A program made the translations under genes and the position numbers. A stretch of DNA of 54,036 nucleotides from an uncultured Bacillota bacterium (GTDB lineage: Bacteria > Bacillota_I > Bacilli_A > ML615J-28 > CAG-313), in contig CAMODB010000006.1 of NCBI GenBank assembly GCA_946611195.1, positions 1-54,036 of the forward strand, given 5' to 3'. Every line of letters begins with the position of its first letter. Positions within the stretch are counted from its first letter, which is position 1. This document shows positions 51,223 through 54,036 of the stretch, in pieces. The notes under the pieces are model-generated. The model had not been told where the DNA came from. It saw only the letters and a list, made by a program, of their open reading frames with translations, and did not search any database.

Positions 51223-53430
51223 TTAAATTTGTTGCCGTTTTTTCTTTTTTAATTTTATAATTAAGAAGATTAAACCAATGAATAATAACAGGATGGAAAC
51301 TAATAACATGATATAAAAAAGACTTAAATTATCTTCAATTGTGTAATATGATAAAACACTTTTTTCATTGATATCAAGGACTTTAATATCTTCTTTTTGT
51401 TTTGGTAAATCGACCTTAACTTTTGCTTCATCAACATAATTTGCATGATAATTAAATTTAATATCAATATTTTCTTCATGATCAGCATCATAATGTAAAA
51501 CTTCTTTTTCGATCTTATTATTGCCTTCATCCATAAAGATCATTGATAAGACTACATCACCATTGATTTTTATTTTCGTATCAGATGTGATTAAATAATT
51601 ATCTTGATTATTCCTAAGAATAAAATATTTAAAATTTCTTTGGACATCATTTAATTTTAAATCGATTTCTAAATCGTTTGTACCTAGTATTCTCTTAGTT
51701 TCATAACTATAATCAGCACAATTAACACAGACAGTAATCAATTTATCGATTAATATTTTTCTTTCTCTTATGCCATCATCATAAAGTAGATAATCAATAT
51801 GATATGTATAAGTGCCACGATTTAAAGTATTAAATATAATCATTAATTCATTCTTATTGATTTTGATGTTGTCGTAAAGTGAACCATTGATAAATAATTT
51901 AATTTGATCGATATTCATTTCTTTATCAAGATATAGATTATAACTAAAAGGTTTATTAAGACCCACTAAATAATCATAATTTAAATTATGATCTTGATGA
52001 CTATTTTCATAGGTTTTTTTAACTATTAAATGATATTTCTCACTATGTTTTTGACAATCTTTAACATAAATATCGTATTCGCCTTCTTGATCAAGAATCG
52101 TACCATTATATATTATTTTTTCATTTAAGATAGCTGTGCCAAAAAAATATAAATGATAACCCACAGGATAAATTCCATTATTAACAAAATTAGTATATTT
52201 ATCGATAATGATTTTCTTCATTATATTGAAACTATATCCATCACTAAATTTTATTTGATATGTTGCGTCATACTCCCCATGAATTGTTTTACTAAAGAAA
52301 GGATCAATATCTAATAGCGAAACATAAGTTAAAGAAAAATAAGATGAAACTTTAATATTATCACAATTATCATATTCTAAATAATCTTTGTTACAATATT
52401 TGTTTTCTACTTTATCAATGGAATATTCTCTTAAAGAAATAAAACAAACATCATTATTATTTTTTAAATATAATTTACAAACTCCTTCATCAACAAAGGA
52501 TGAAACAATATTCATTATGAATAATTCTTTAATTAATTTATTATCTAAATAAAGATTACCATTATTTTTATTCATCAATAAAAAGGAATCATTTTTATAA
52601 TTTGCCAGTAATATCATATTTTGTTCATTATTTAAAGAATAATTAACCATAATAAAATCTAGAGTAAAATTATAATAATTAGCTTTATCATTATCTTTTA
52701 ATGATAAAAGAAGGGTATCATTATAAATTAATAAATCTATAAATTCTCCTTCATTAAAATAACGAATATCTAAATAATTAAAATCGATATCAGATTTAAG
52801 TAAGACAATTTTGTTTTCATCAATATTACCATTATTACTTATTTCATATAAAAGATTATTAAATTTATCAATACCATTCTTCTTTAAAATTACATAATAA
52901 CATTCATTATAATATTTAATATTTTCAATTTCTTCAATTCCATCCCCATTATAATAATAATTACTGATTTTATTTAAATTATTATCATACATAAGTATTA
53001 GACCATCATTATGGATTTGTCCACAAATTGTGAGATCTTTTTCTTTACTAAAAGTATTTACTTTATCTATTTCTAAATTAATTTCTTTTTTTAATTCAAA
53101 TTTTTTTAAATCAAATTGATAAATTTTATAATTAGTTGTTTTAATTAATAAATATAAATTATCTAAATCAATAAGAGCTTTTAAATCTTTGATTTCTTCT
53201 TTTATTTCCATTAAATAGCTACTATAAGAATTATCATAATATAATTTATTATTTTTTAGACCTATTATTGCGGCATCAAGAGGATAAACTTCATCATAAT
53301 TATTGATGATTCTTTTTTCATTAATGATTTTTATTTCACTATTTTCATCTGCCGCAAAATTATTCTTATTGAAATTAATAAACGTAAAGATAAGAAATAA
53401 AAGAATCATTATATATATAAATTTTTTCAT
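51223..53430 (-). CDS. Large surface-exposed hypothetical protein (signal peptide, C-terminal TM anchor)
   Basis: MKKFIYI... signal from ATG 53430 (TAATG overlap with the upstream gene); C-terminal TM plus KKKKR tail. Confidence 0.8.
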   Translation of the reverse strand: MKKFIYIMILLFLIFTFINFNKNNFAADENSEIKIINEKRIINNYDEVYPLDAAIIGLKNNKLYYDNSYSSYLMEIKEEIKDLKALIDLDNLYLLIKTTNYKIYQFDLKKFELKKEINLEIDKVNTFSKEKDLTICGQIHNDGLILMYDNNLNKISNYYYNGDGIEEIENIKYYNECYYVILKKNGIDKFNNLLYEISNNGNIDENKIVLLKSDIDFNYLDIRYFNEGEFIDLLIYNDTLLLSLKDNDKANYYNFTLDFIMVNYSLNNEQNMILLANYKNDSFLLMNKNNGNLYLDNKLIKELFIMNIVSSFVDEGVCKLYLKNNNDVCFISLREYSIDKVENKYCNKDYLEYDNCDNIKVSSYFSLTYVSLLDIDPFFSKTIHGEYDATYQIKFSDGYSFNIMKKIIIDKYTNFVNNGIYPVGYHLYFFGTAILNEKIIYNGTILDQEGEYDIYVKDCQKHSEKYHLIVKKTYENSHQDHNLNYDYLVGLNKPFSYNLYLDKEMNIDQIKLFINGSLYDNIKINKNELMIIFNTLNRGTYTYHIDYLLYDDGIRERKILIDKLITVCVNCADYSYETKRILGTNDLEIDLKLNDVQRNFKYFILRNNQDNYLITSDTKIKINGDVVLSMIFMDEGNNKIEKEVLHYDADHEENIDIKFNYHANYVDEAKVKVDLPKQKEDIKVLDINEKSVLSYYTIEDNLSLFYIMLLVSILLLFIGLIFLIIKLKKKKRQQI

Positions 53431-54035
53431 TAATATTTCCTTCCTATGACAAAATATAGAGTAGTCATGACAATAGTTGTGATGGTCGGGATTAATAAAT
53501 ACCAAAGAGAATTAGAATAATCTTTTTCATAAGTATTGTTGATGGTTTTATTTAAAGTGGAAATATTCATTTTATCTACTTTAGTTTCTTTAATATTTGT
53601 ATCTATATTTAATTTATCTATTCTATTTAATTTAGTATTTAATTCTTTTACTTGAATATGATAAATTAAATTAATATTATGGCCTTTTAATTCTATTTCA
53701 TATTCTTTTTCATCATTTAATTCTTCATTGTTGTAAAGCTTGCCATCGACATAAACAACCGAATTAACATCGATGATAAAACCTTTATCATAAATGGCAC
53801 CTTCATATAAACATTTTTTAAGTGGCACTTCAACCTTTTTGTAAAGAATAACTTTATTATTATTTAAATTATAAACATATTTTAATAAATATTTTCCAAA
53901 TAAATTAGGATTAATATCATCAATTGTTAATTCTTTATTTAGACAATCATTATGATAATGACTATAAACTGTAGGTTGATAAATTTCATCACTTTGATTT
54001 TTATTAAGATTATTTAATAATAAATAATTAAAATT
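53430..54035 (-). CDS. Hypothetical membrane-anchored protein (5'-partial)
   Basis: Frame is open to the window end (202 codons); C-terminal TM plus basic tail. Confidence 0.75.
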   Translation of the reverse strand, partial: NFNYLLLNNLNKNQSDEIYQPTVYSHYHNDCLNKELTIDDINPNLFGKYLLKYVYNLNNNKVILYKKVEVPLKKCLYEGAIYDKGFIIDVNSVVYVDGKLYNNEELNDEKEYEIELKGHNINLIYHIQVKELNTKLNRIDKLNIDTNIKETKVDKMNISTLNKTINNTYEKDYSNSLWYLLIPTITTIVMTTLYFVIGRKY

Positions 54036-54036
54036 A

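Noticed and set aside
53431-53505. N-terminal extension MVFINPDHHNYCH of the 760-aa ORF
   Set aside because: It overlaps the upstream gene; ATG 53430 gives a proper signal peptide and TAATG coupling.

Overview
AT-rich chromosomal window (roughly 25-27% GC by eye) from a low-GC Bacilli/Mollicutes-like bacterium. It uses genetic code 11 (UGA is a stop, Trp is TGG), has an orphan ftsZ and shows no wall-synthesis genes here, so an Acholeplasmatales/Anaeroplasma-like organism is inferred. Most genes lie on the minus strand and are housekeeping: tyrS with a T-box, a ccpA-like regulator, rplS, trmD/rimM, rpsP, mscL, def, rnj, uvrC, malQ, the rimP-nusA-infB-rbfA operon, iscS-thiI, ftsZ, ackA, tgt, pgi, pgm and dnaE. 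The standout is an accessory operon at the left edge (4430 to 1): RHH regulator, Zn-ribbon/SPFH protein, 4-TM protein, Zn-ribbon/TPR/TIR/TM protein, then a second gene starting with an identical 55-bp junction (tandem TIR paralogue). Its promoter is covered by a 16-bp-arm palindrome. It is a candidate membrane-anchored TIR signalling or defence system. Other notable items are a window-wide excess of the pentamer TGCGG/CCGCA, a frameshifted InlB-B-repeat/LRR lipoprotein gene, and a Zn/Cd P1B-ATPase inserted between khpA and rimM. No rRNA, tRNA, CRISPR array or transposase was seen. All calls come from manual motif reading; no searches were run.
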